A stretch of 64,000 bases of DNA from a virus: IMG/VR virus record IMGVR_UViG_3300032046_000008, positions 1 to 64,000 of that record, one strand, 5' to 3'. Shown here in pieces: positions 7,441 to 16,567 of the stretch. Below the pieces are notes generated by a model. That model worked only from the letters and a program-made list of their open reading frames with translations. It was not told the origin of the DNA and ran no database searches. The position numbers were made by a program, and so were the translations under genes. How positions within the stretch are numbered: the stretch's first letter is position 1; each line of letters opens with the position of its first letter.

Positions 7441-8380
7441 AATGTCTAAGCTCCTGTTTCAATAATTCAAATGCCTCTGGCTGGTCGCAGAAATGTTGCC
7501 TTGCCGCCGCTCGCCCGAGCCATTTGAGAGACTGCCAGGAATAATACGGTGGCCGTGCCACAATAAGACCTCTGTTGATAGCCTCATCAATATAAGATTG
7601 CAACAAATCCAGTTGTCCTTGAAAGCGGAAAGGAATACTCGCCACGCCTTGTGGTGTCCCTGTCTTGTTCTTCTGGCAAGAGACCTCTAGTGTGAATCCC
7701 ACCCGCTGAGTCCCTTCTAGAAGCCATCCCTCTCTTCTTGTACGCAGAATTATATGACTGTAGTGTCGCTGCCCTCTGCCGCCAGGATAAACTTCTTCTG
7801 GGCCATAGCCTCCCATGCTAGAACGCAATTGATTAATGGCAATGAAAATTGCCTGTTTGTTCAAAGGCATTATGGTGTAGAAGAGCAGATTAACTAACTG
7901 GGCCAGCAAACCCATGGTCTTCTCTTCCGCAGATCTCTCCAAAATTGGCATTGGAGTCATTGAAGCAATACTGTCAAGAATGATGAGCCCTAATTCCTTG
8001 TCGCTTTCAATCATAGAACGCATAACATCGATGGCTTTTTCGCCAGTTGTCGGTTGACTAATGATCAATTCTTCAGTATTGACTCCGCTAGCCTGCCACC
8101 AAACTTCGTCATAAGAACGCTCAGTATCTACCAGGAGCACATGCGAGCGCCCTTCTTGCTCTTGTTGCGCCTTTGCAGCGTACTGGGCAATCAGAGTCTT
8201 GCCTGTGCTCTCTGGTCCCACCATGAGCGTTGTGCGCCCATAAGGAAAGCCACCGTTTAGTATCTCATCAAGGGAAGGAATACCTGTCGCGAGGCGGCGA
8301 ATGTGTAGACGTTCATCATTCCCCTTCATGAGCAGTCCATCTTTTATGAGTTTGTCTACGGAAGGCAGAGTCGTCGTCAT
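7400..8380 (-). CDS. recA: RecA/UvsX recombinase
   Basis: TGIPSLD..L.GG.P.GR, Walker A GPESTGKT, DTE, IILDSIA, INQLR, PGG and KNKT. Confidence 0.92.
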   Translation of the reverse strand: MTTTLPSVDKLIKDGLLMKGNDERLHIRRLATGIPSLDEILNGGFPYGRTTLMVGPESTGKTLIAQYAAKAQQEQEGRSHVLLVDTERSYDEVWWQASGVNTEELIISQPTTGEKAIDVMRSMIESDKELGLIILDSIASMTPMPILERSAEEKTMGLLAQLVNLLFYTIMPLNKQAIFIAINQLRSSMGGYGPEEVYPGGRGQRHYSHIILRTRREGWLLEGTQRVGFTLEVSCQKNKTGTPQGVASIPFRFQGQLDLLQSYIDEAINRGLIVARPPYYSWQSLKWLGRAAARQHFCDQPEAFELLKQELRHCGADKTEHQNLSS

Positions 8381-8883
8381 GCAATTCTCCAAGCATCCGC
8401 CGCCGACCCAAATTCAAAGCCCAGTTCTTTCCAGGCAGGTATCAGAATCTGTTGTTCCAACAATACTATATTCCCACCAATCTTTGGGTAAGCAATGACA
8501 AGCCTCTTCAGGGAAAGAGAACTGGCTAGACCAATTCCATCAGAAAATCGTGAATGGCGTTGCCAGAATTTGCGGCTAGTCCCATTCGGCATTCCCGCGT
8601 ACTTATCATAAAGAGTCAACCGGCTGGCGAACAAATCTGGAGGCAATAGATTATCACGAGCATAACGCTCATAATAAATGCCAGGAACCAATTGCCCCCA
8701 GATTGGCGAACCATTGCGCGGCTTGGGATGGAGTTCTACATCTCGCTCAAGCCAATGACTATTGGAAAAGAAATCATAGAAGACTCTGAAGGCTCCATAA
8801 GGTAGAGATTCTGGCCTTTCCAAAATAGAATGGGCCTCTATTCCCAACAAATGCAAGAGTTGAAGAGCCAATATTTCATCCAT
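8377..8883 (-). CDS. Hypothetical protein
   Basis: 168-aa ORF coupled to recA; no recognised motif. Confidence 0.55.
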   Translation of the reverse strand: MDEILALQLLHLLGIEAHSILERPESLPYGAFRVFYDFFSNSHWLERDVELHPKPRNGSPIWGQLVPGIYYERYARDNLLPPDLFASRLTLYDKYAGMPNGTSRKFWQRHSRFSDGIGLASSLSLKRLVIAYPKIGGNIVLLEQQILIPAWKELGFEFGSAADAWRIA

Positions 8884-8885
8884 GG

Positions 8886-9155
8886 TTAGTTTCCTTTAAG
8901 AACTTCGATCTGCCGCTGTAGATCAAGCAGGGCGCGGGCCTCTCGAATTTCTCGTCTCACATACTCGACACGCTGACGATCTGTAACGCTTAGACCGAGA
9001 TCATCTAGTAAACGATCCGCTGTGAATAGTGCCCGCTCTAATGGTTGGTCGGTCTTCGCCAGCATGTCCTTCAGAGCCACATTCTCAGCACGGAGGTCTA
9101 CGTTCTCGTTCTCCAGGACCGTCCAGCGTTCAGTTTCCTCATTCCCGAATGACAT
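8886..9155 (-). CDS. Small coiled-coil protein
   Basis: Heptad pattern LENENVDLRAENVALK; GGAG RBS. Confidence 0.55.
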   Translation of the reverse strand: MSFGNEETERWTVLENENVDLRAENVALKDMLAKTDQPLERALFTADRLLDDLGLSVTDRQRVEYVRREIREARALLDLQRQIEVLKGN

Positions 9156-9158
9156 CGC

Positions 9159-10115
9159 TCATCTCCCTATGGCCTTCATGAATGCTCTTCCTGCCATTAC
9201 CCAATCTGGATACATTTCGCAATGCCTAACCCAGTCTGGGCCAAGCGCAGAACTCTTGTATCCGCAGCGATACACTGCCAGAAAATCAGATGCAAACTCC
9301 AAGAACGGCATCTGACTTTGTACCATATAACCATCAAGTATTTGATTCAATTCTCCAATTAATACATCGTGCGGCAACAAGCCTTTGAAGAGCGGTCCAG
9401 GTTTCGGCAATCTCGGCAATGGGCTTTCATATTCATCCATCATGCGCCTGGTAATTCGATGTGCCGGACCATCCTTATACAAGTGTAGGCTATTGCTAAT
9501 GTGAGTCTGAATACCAATCTTCACGCCTAAACGAGCCGCAATATATTGGAGGAGAAAACTAAATTCTGCCTGATTAATGGCATAGAGGCCCCAATGAATA
9601 TCATTGCTGCGGCAATAGATGGTAAGATGCAGCCTGCCATTACGTAGTTTGAAGGTTAGGATGCTATTGCAAGGCGGATCATTTGAATCTGTAGTCAAGT
9701 CTTCAATTCGCCAGATAAGAAGTTGTGCTCGTCTGTCGTTAGGGTCGGCTTGCAGTCTCTGGATGACATTCTCTATCTGATCTGCTATGCGCTCGCCATA
9801 GGCCCCAGACATCTTGACTCCGTCGTCAGAAAACTGAAGAATGTTCTTGTTGTACGGCGTTAGGGCTGCCACATCATCTCGTCCTGCCAACACCCAGAGA
9901 GATTCGCTCAGGGCCAGAAAGGGGTTCCATCTTCTTCCAGGAACAATATGCACCATGCGCTCGGGATATCGAAAGACAGTTGCTACATTGAGAAATTCAA
10001 GTGTATCCTTAATTGTGCCTCTATTTCTAACGGACACATATTGACCTAGCAATAGCAAAGTTGAGAGTTGTCTACGATAAAGATGCATCGGACAACAACT
10101 TCTGAAAACTATCAA
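9159..10115 (-). CDS. Thymidylate synthase-family enzyme, likely dUMP hydroxymethylase
   Basis: NPF..L.E.LW.LAG, GAYG.R, RRA...IW, catalytic PPCN, RSND..WG...N (Asn = dUMP specificity) and SLHLY; adjacent to hypermodification genes. Confidence 0.85.
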   Translation of the reverse strand: MIVFRSCCPMHLYRRQLSTLLLLGQYVSVRNRGTIKDTLEFLNVATVFRYPERMVHIVPGRRWNPFLALSESLWVLAGRDDVAALTPYNKNILQFSDDGVKMSGAYGERIADQIENVIQRLQADPNDRRAQLLIWRIEDLTTDSNDPPCNSILTFKLRNGRLHLTIYCRSNDIHWGLYAINQAEFSFLLQYIAARLGVKIGIQTHISNSLHLYKDGPAHRITRRMMDEYESPLPRLPKPGPLFKGLLPHDVLIGELNQILDGYMVQSQMPFLEFASDFLAVYRCGYKSSALGPDWVRHCEMYPDWVMAGRAFMKAIGR

Positions 10116-11014
10116 GACGCCATAACCTTATCGTAGTGTTGCTCGAGCCATCCAGATTCCTTCGGCAAGAAATAGCGCTTGCGGCCCTTGCCATTCTGGA
10201 GCTTTTTGTATTTCATCCACTCGCAGCATGAATGTTCTATATTGCGCAGATTAAGAACCTTGTTTTGCCAGAACGGCATCTCCATACCATCAAAGCACTC
10301 TGGCTGTGCATGTCGCAGTTCCAGAAGTTTCTCATATTGGATCTTGTAATTTCTACTCCCTGTTAGAAAATAAAGACCGAGTCTTGCTCCTGGTCCAAGG
10401 TTGGCCCAATCATCAATACTCCAGGGCAACAGACCATCGACCAGAAGAAGATCACATACGACCTCGTAGGCCGTAAACATAGCCACTCCATTTAGTTGTG
10501 TTAATTCTTCGGCAAATCCCTTCAGATCCATGCACGGAGGAATTTCTCCGACACTAGGAACTTGTTCCCAAGCCTCGTCCATAAACTCTATGAAGTTTGT
10601 TATGCGATCCGATACACGAGGTAATTGCAAGGTTATGTATGCCTTGGAGTAGATCGAGCCAATCTTCTGAAGCCCGCGCAGCTTGTCTTCAATATCTTTC
10701 CTAGACCATTCCCAATCTCGCAATTCAGGAAACTTGCCAATAGCGGACCATGTATCAACGCTATTCACTAATCTGTAGGCTAAGGTTTGCCAGATAGCAT
10801 CACCCAGATTGCCCTTGAAACAAGACGCTATATTCTCTAGATACCAGACCGTGCCTCTATCTAATTCTCTGTAAACATTTGTAAAGTGATATTGCGCCAA
10901 AACAAGATCCTCTGTCCATGGTGGAGACTGTTTGAGAAAAAAACGACGATGCCAGATCTTATGCCTCTCCGCGACAAATCTAAAGAAGTCTTCATCCCTG
11001 CTCGGCGGTTGCAA
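10112..11014 (-). CDS. aGPT-Pplase1 / 5-hmdU DNA kinase helical-domain family protein
   Basis: FF.FV.ERH.IW.RR...PPWTED.VL..Y.FTNVYRELDRGT, F.AYEVVCDL, N.GPGA..GL, IEH..CEW.KY. Confidence 0.85.
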   Translation of the reverse strand: MQPPSRDEDFFRFVAERHKIWHRRFFLKQSPPWTEDLVLAQYHFTNVYRELDRGTVWYLENIASCFKGNLGDAIWQTLAYRLVNSVDTWSAIGKFPELRDWEWSRKDIEDKLRGLQKIGSIYSKAYITLQLPRVSDRITNFIEFMDEAWEQVPSVGEIPPCMDLKGFAEELTQLNGVAMFTAYEVVCDLLLVDGLLPWSIDDWANLGPGARLGLYFLTGSRNYKIQYEKLLELRHAQPECFDGMEMPFWQNKVLNLRNIEHSCCEWMKYKKLQNGKGRKRYFLPKESGWLEQHYDKVMAS

Positions 11015-11342
11015 AATGTTCCTCTTTCACAAGTTGCAATTCCTGCCAGGCAGAGACCAGGCTGCCGAGAATTCCCCCTCCGCCAATGTCCTCGCCATAG
11101 CGAAAGATGAGAGCTAGCACATTAAAAACTGTGTCTACTATCTCTTCTTCTATCAACCGAACATTATCTGATTGCATGACCTTGTTAATTCGACGATCAC
11201 CGATTTTGTCATCCAAAAGATATTCTTCGCCATGCTGCTCATACCGACTTATGACTTGAAGCACAAGATCAAATGGTAGAAAAGCCAGAAAATCTTCAAG
11301 AAGATCCGTAGAATCAGGATACCATTCCTTAGTTTTATTCAA
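10992..11342 (-). CDS. Putative all-alpha (MazG-like) nucleotide pyrophosphohydrolase
   Basis: R...HG..Y and EEEIVD..N acidic helix; location in the modified-nucleotide locus; TTG start overlapping the dnaE stop is inferred. Confidence 0.4.
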   Translation of the reverse strand: MNKTKEWYPDSTDLLEDFLAFLPFDLVLQVISRYEQHGEEYLLDDKIGDRRINKVMQSDNVRLIEEEIVDTVFNVLALIFRYGEDIGGGGILGSLVSAWQELQLVKEEHFATAEQG

Positions 11343-14178
11343 CCACAACCGCGAAGGACTCTGCGAGGAATACTGGCTCGCGGGATCCATCTGTGGAGTT
11401 TCGACCTCTGATCTCGAGCGCTGGTCCACCATGCACCTCCTTACAGAACTGGCTCCAAAGATCTGGGAACATGATTGCTCGGAAGGTTCCCTTTGTGTTC
11501 CCTAGCGTCACATATCCCATATATCGTCCTTTGTTGTACCCTGGTTTCACAATCTCTCGCTGACTCATGTCGATCAACCAACCGGAGATGCTTGATTTGC
11601 GTACATCGTTGGCTTTCTCGACAAATTCCTGCGAAAGAAGATTCGTGTTGAAATCATAAAGCTCATCCATGATCTTTTTGTCGCCATTGATACCAATAGA
11701 AGTCAAGACTCCTGCTTGTTGGAGCATCATGCGCTGCTTCTCACTAAGAGCTCGTGAGCCCTCTTGTTTCGCCGCCAGATCATCTAAACTCTTAGTTGGC
11801 CTCCTCGCCATAATGGCCATCACAGTTGCCGGCCCCAAACCTCGTATTTTGCCAAGCCCTATACAAACTTCCCCATTGCGAAGAGATGTCTTATATTCAC
11901 TGAAGTTTACATCTGCTGCCCGCCAATGAACTCCATAATGATAACTCTCTAGCAACAAACGAGGAACATCGGTGCATTCATCAAAAACTGCTGCATAGAA
12001 GATTTGTGGATAATATCGTTTATACCATGCCATCTTGTAGGCCAAAGCGGCATAGGTCACAGCGTGAGCGCGATTGAATGCGTACCCTGCGAAGCCCTTT
12101 ATGGCCTGCCATATAAGATTATGATCTCTTGGACATCCTCGTTGAAATCGTTCTTCCATCTTCTTGAAGACTTCAGGATGGACATATTTGATGGCTTCTT
12201 TGATATCATCCTGAGCTGCGTCATCAAAACCTCCTAGAACCCGACATATCTCCATAACCTGTTCTTGGTAGAGAACAATTCCTCGTGTCGAGGCAAGTAT
12301 TGGTTCTATTTCTGGATAAAAATCTGTGAGTTCTGTTGTTCCCTCGCGATATAGATCAACAAAGCCAGCAGCGCCTGGCAACTTCAAGGCATTAACTGCC
12401 ACAATGTCCTCAAAGTTACTCACAGGCAGTCTCTCAAGTACTCGTCTGGCTGCCCAACCATCAATTTGGAAGATCTCTGATGTATCTTTCCTTCGGAATA
12501 CATCGTATACCTTAGGATCGTCATACTCTTCTGGAGCCTGTGCGCCAGATGCTCTTGCCATTTGCTCCAACTGATCCAATGTATTTAGACCAAGTATGTC
12601 GAGTTTGAAGAAACCAAGTTCCTTCAGTGCATACATATCATACTGAGTTGCCATCTGTTGGCTCGAAGCGACCCAGACCAATGGCACTTCTCGCTCCAGA
12701 GGGCGATTCTCATCTGCCAGAACAATACCTGCTGGATGTACAGAGAGATTGAAGTAGAGTCCCTTCATCCCCTCGACAACCTTCCGGACATCCTCCGCCA
12801 AGATACTAAGATCTGTGAATCCCCATTCCCCCACCATGCCTCTGCAAACATCATCCATTCTTGGATTTGGCCAACCAAGAGCTCGCAATACAGAGCGAGT
12901 AGCCCCTCTTGGACCATAATGCCCATATGTTACTATAGGAGCACTATGCGCATACTTCTTCTGGAGGTAATCTAGAACCTCGCCTCTACGACGACTACTG
13001 ACATCAATATCGAAATCTGGAATTGTTGGACGAGCCGGCGAGACTGCTCGCTCGAACAGAAGTCGATGACGTACTGGATCCTCTGTCGTTATGCCAAGAA
13101 TGTGACTTATAAGACTTCCAGCCATGCTGCCTCGCCCAGACACCATAATACCCTGCTTGTGGCACCAGGCGACAAGATCATATGCTACCAAATAGGATTG
13201 CGCTATAAGCGGAGCCTTCTCTAGTACTCTTAGTTCGCGCTCATAGCGCTCCTGATATTCCTTCGGGCGATCCACTTGGAAATATATCTCGCAGAGTTGC
13301 TTCAATCGGGCGATAGGAGCAGATATCTTGGGAACATGCCAAGTACGCTTCTCTAACTCGGGGATTCTGAATTCTCGACAAAGATTTGCTACTTCAATAG
13401 TATTACTAGCAGCTTCTGGCGCACCAATCTTCTCTGCAATTTGATGCATAACATTGGATGGTTTAAGGTAGAATCCCTGCGCATCAAAGACAATACCCTT
13501 GCTCGCAACTTGCCTCGAGCGCAAGAATTGCTGATGAATCTGCTCTCGCTCCTTAGAGATATAATGGCAATCATTCGTCAGAACACAAGGGATACTGAGG
13601 TCGCGGCTAAGTTCCTTCAAGCCTCTGATAAGCAATTTCTGTTGCTCTGCCCATTCTTCATTGCCCGAGTGCCACATCAATTCTAAATAAAAAGCTCCTG
13701 CATGTTTCGCGAGAAGTTCGGCTGCCTGTTTTGCTCGACCATCGCCAGCAACGACCCAGCGCGAGATGATACTCGTGAAGCATCCACTCAGCACAACCCA
13801 ACGCTTCATCAATTCTTCATCTATAAGTTGACGCATAGATATACGAGGCCGGTAGTAGAATTGTCTCTGGGCAATATTGTTAGCGCGGATGAGATCCCGA
13901 TAGCCCTGCTCGTCCATCACCAGAACAGTCAAGTGCTGAGGATAATCGGCTACCTCTTTAGGATCAACAAATAACTCGCAACCAACAATAAATTGCAATC
14001 CTGCCTCGCGGCAAGCCTTGTAACCTTCTACAATACCGCCTAGACTACCATGGTCTGTAAGAGCAAAGGCTGGCTGACCATCTGCCTTCGCTGCTGCAAC
14101 ATAGCCGATAACAGTTGCTTGCCCATCAAGAACAGAGTATTGAGAATGATTGTGAAGATGACAGAAATCAGCCATCAA
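11335..14178 (-). CDS. dnaE: DNA polymerase III alpha subunit (family C)
   Basis: PHP domain HLHNHS/TDHG/TNDCHY, GRGS.AGS, catalytic PDFDID, HPAG, KLDILGL, YQEQVM, FAGYAFNRAHA and C-terminal OB fold. Confidence 0.95.
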   Translation of the reverse strand: MMADFCHLHNHSQYSVLDGQATVIGYVAAAKADGQPAFALTDHGSLGGIVEGYKACREAGLQFIVGCELFVDPKEVADYPQHLTVLVMDEQGYRDLIRANNIAQRQFYYRPRISMRQLIDEELMKRWVVLSGCFTSIISRWVVAGDGRAKQAAELLAKHAGAFYLELMWHSGNEEWAEQQKLLIRGLKELSRDLSIPCVLTNDCHYISKEREQIHQQFLRSRQVASKGIVFDAQGFYLKPSNVMHQIAEKIGAPEAASNTIEVANLCREFRIPELEKRTWHVPKISAPIARLKQLCEIYFQVDRPKEYQERYERELRVLEKAPLIAQSYLVAYDLVAWCHKQGIMVSGRGSMAGSLISHILGITTEDPVRHRLLFERAVSPARPTIPDFDIDVSSRRRGEVLDYLQKKYAHSAPIVTYGHYGPRGATRSVLRALGWPNPRMDDVCRGMVGEWGFTDLSILAEDVRKVVEGMKGLYFNLSVHPAGIVLADENRPLEREVPLVWVASSQQMATQYDMYALKELGFFKLDILGLNTLDQLEQMARASGAQAPEEYDDPKVYDVFRRKDTSEIFQIDGWAARRVLERLPVSNFEDIVAVNALKLPGAAGFVDLYREGTTELTDFYPEIEPILASTRGIVLYQEQVMEICRVLGGFDDAAQDDIKEAIKYVHPEVFKKMEERFQRGCPRDHNLIWQAIKGFAGYAFNRAHAVTYAALAYKMAWYKRYYPQIFYAAVFDECTDVPRLLLESYHYGVHWRAADVNFSEYKTSLRNGEVCIGLGKIRGLGPATVMAIMARRPTKSLDDLAAKQEGSRALSEKQRMMLQQAGVLTSIGINGDKKIMDELYDFNTNLLSQEFVEKANDVRKSSISGWLIDMSQREIVKPGYNKGRYMGYVTLGNTKGTFRAIMFPDLWSQFCKEVHGGPALEIRGRNSTDGSREPVFLAESFAVVVE

Positions 14179-15002
14179 CTACCTATGTTCCAGAATACCA
14201 CTGGTGGTGTTAAATCATGAATATGGGCACACAACCAATTCCATGCTTTTAAGTCATAATAAGGATTGCAAGGAAAAGGGCTAGTGCATTCAGCTCTATC
14301 TCTATAGGAATAACCCTCATCTATGATAATTGTTCCCTCCCCCAATCGCTTTCTCAGCAATTTCTGACTGTGACTGTAGCCCATATGAGCCACTAATTGC
14401 GCTCGCCCAGACAAACCCGCCGCCACGCCCTTTGCTATTGTGCCTGTACTGACTGAGACAATCCATGTGCCCCCAAACAAGCTGTCAGGAGTGTATTGCT
14501 CCACTTCTTTCTTGGTAGCTTCCGCACTTTCTGCAAGTTGAAGTCCATTGGGCAACATATGCCCTCTGCCACCTGTCAATTCCAACAACTGCCGCTTGGC
14601 TTGATGGAAAAGAATAGCAGAACGCCCTGCCTTTAGTGGTATAAGTTTCGCCCCTAACATGCAAGCTCTGATCTGACCTTCACGCATTTCAATGTCGTGT
14701 CGGTAAAAAGGATAGAAATTATAGCATTGATGACCTAGTGCCTTGCAAACATAAGCCGCTCCCCATCCAGCTTTAGAATGATACGTATCCAGGACCCCGA
14801 TTATAGAATCTGCTGGGTAATTATTCAAGTACTTCGCTAATCCTCTGATCTTGGAAAATTGTGGTCCTTCAGGGCAACACAAATCTTCGCGCTTGACCCA
14901 GACAGTCTTATCCCCCACCTTGTGCAATTCCCAAGGTGTGTCTTCTAAAACAATCCTGGTCTGCGCATTAATCGACAAAGACGAATCCGCGTTTGCGATC
15001 AT
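14175..15002 (-). CDS. PLP-dependent enzyme (fold type II), putative DNA-base decarboxylase
   Basis: TP.E...VWVKREDL...SKIRG (PLP Lys), SVSTGTIA.G, PFPCNPYYDLKAW and FWNIG. Confidence 0.8.
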   Translation of the reverse strand: MIANADSSLSINAQTRIVLEDTPWELHKVGDKTVWVKREDLCCPEGPQFSKIRGLAKYLNNYPADSIIGVLDTYHSKAGWGAAYVCKALGHQCYNFYPFYRHDIEMREGQIRACMLGAKLIPLKAGRSAILFHQAKRQLLELTGGRGHMLPNGLQLAESAEATKKEVEQYTPDSLFGGTWIVSVSTGTIAKGVAAGLSGRAQLVAHMGYSHSQKLLRKRLGEGTIIIDEGYSYRDRAECTSPFPCNPYYDLKAWNWLCAHIHDLTPPVVFWNIGS

Positions 15003-15702
15003 GTATCCACATTTCCTCTGCCTGATGTTGGCCAGGTTTAGCCAAGAAGTTTGCTTCGCCTGCATGATAAGCGGCACGAGAAATAGTGTAGCCAAACATA
15101 TCAAAGAGATATGACGAAACCAGAGCTGTGTAATCCTCTATCCTAACAATAGGAACACCAAAATGCTTTGTATAAAGTTTACAATTGTGTCCCAGGTGGG
15201 TTATTGCCGTATCTGTCCACAGAACTGCTTGTGGATCTTTAGCAAATAATCTAGAAAAAGGTTCCGACCAATCACTACCTTTGATGTGCTGATACAATGT
15301 CCAACTATTGAAATCCGCTATGAAAACATCGCCGTCTGCGACCCCCATAACCTGCCGCGAATCTGCCTTAATAATTGACATATGAGAACAAGCACCAAAC
15401 ACCCTTTGCAGATGATCAATGCAATTTTGATCTAATTCAAACACTGTATGAGATAAAGGCACAAGTACTTCTTCCGCTATCAAAGCACTTCTGCCTACCC
15501 CGCCAAAAAATTCCACAACTCTCAAACTCTTGGGAAGAGAAGAAAGTAACCATTCTATCGCCAAGGCTCCGCCTGCAACATCTGCTAGTCTTCTTTTCAA
15601 CTGGACAAAGAAAGGAGCAAATTGGACAGCAGTTGGGTAATCTTTTGCCAGATCTGATTCTGAGATAGGAAGCAACCATTTTTCGCAAATCAAGGCTTTC
15701 AT
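14968..15702 (-). CDS. Class I SAM-dependent methyltransferase-like protein
   Basis: VVEFFGGVG (motif I), VFELD (motif II), IIKADS and DVFIADF Rossmann pattern. Confidence 0.6.
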   Translation of the reverse strand: MKALICEKWLLPISESDLAKDYPTAVQFAPFFVQLKRRLADVAGGALAIEWLLSSLPKSLRVVEFFGGVGRSALIAEEVLVPLSHTVFELDQNCIDHLQRVFGACSHMSIIKADSRQVMGVADGDVFIADFNSWTLYQHIKGSDWSEPFSRLFAKDPQAVLWTDTAITHLGHNCKLYTKHFGVPIVRIEDYTALVSSYLFDMFGYTISRAAYHAGEANFLAKPGQHQAEEMWIHDRKRGFVFVD

Positions 15703-15703
15703 C

Positions 15704-16567
15704 CTAGGCCTCCATCAAAGAATAATGCGGTATCCTATATGCCATTCGTCTTTGCATGCCCATACCTTCTTTCAAGTTATCTGCTGTATCTCCACAACAA
15801 CACACAGATATACCAAGATCGTCATGAACAAAACTCATCCAAAATGCCCATATCGCTTTAGAGAGAAACTGACTAGAATAATCATGCTTGGCTTGTGTAA
15901 TAACTGCCACTCCAGAATAAACATAGCCGCCAACCAGACCCGAAATGATTCCGTTTCCATTTAGGGCAAAAAACATTCTCGAATTGGCAAAATGACAATG
16001 GGCTCTTATCATCGCTCTGTAATGCCCTCGCACAACCATAAAGTGGCGCTCCTTGGCCTTTTCATACCATCGTTCCAGAATATCAAACATTTGCTGTTGG
16101 CCAATTTCGTCCCTGGAGACTTCGACAAACCTGTATCTTCTTAAGGCAGAGCGTATTTGCCACCGTTTGTTGGCACTCAATTCAGAATTTTGCCAAGAAG
16201 AAAAAGAATACCACACAGATGCTTTCACCAACCTGATATAATCTAGACACTCCGGCAATAGGAGAGAGTTGAATCTGGTAATTCCCAAATTCTTAAGGCA
16301 TAACGTTGCCATGTGGTAGAACTTCTCAGTCTTTTCTCCCTCCCAATGAATCAAAGTAGCCTGTGTCTTCTCTTTCCGAAGATACCAAACAGCCTCCATC
16401 ATATTTAGGCGCAAAAGACAAGATCCTGGTTTGGAATAGGCAAATGTGGAAATAACCTCTGGAAAACTATAGTAGCTTTCACTTGGCAAAACCTCTATTC
16501 CTTCCAAGGTATATTGTGGAATTATTGCCAAAGATGCACTATGCGTCATTATTTTCTCAGACCACAT
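15704..16567 (-). CDS. GNAT/DUF2156-like (aminoacyl/acyl transferase-like) protein
   Basis: KR..IR....RY.F, ..W..., FF...G.I.G..GG and ..QAKHDY...LSKAI resemble the DUF2156/FemABX double-GNAT pattern; weak. Confidence 0.4.
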   Translation of the reverse strand: MWSEKIMTHSASLAIIPQYTLEGIEVLPSESYYSFPEVISTFAYSKPGSCLLRLNMMEAVWYLRKEKTQATLIHWEGEKTEKFYHMATLCLKNLGITRFNSLLLPECLDYIRLVKASVWYSFSSWQNSELSANKRWQIRSALRRYRFVEVSRDEIGQQQMFDILERWYEKAKERHFMVVRGHYRAMIRAHCHFANSRMFFALNGNGIISGLVGGYVYSGVAVITQAKHDYSSQFLSKAIWAFWMSFVHDDLGISVCCCGDTADNLKEGMGMQRRMAYRIPHYSLMEA

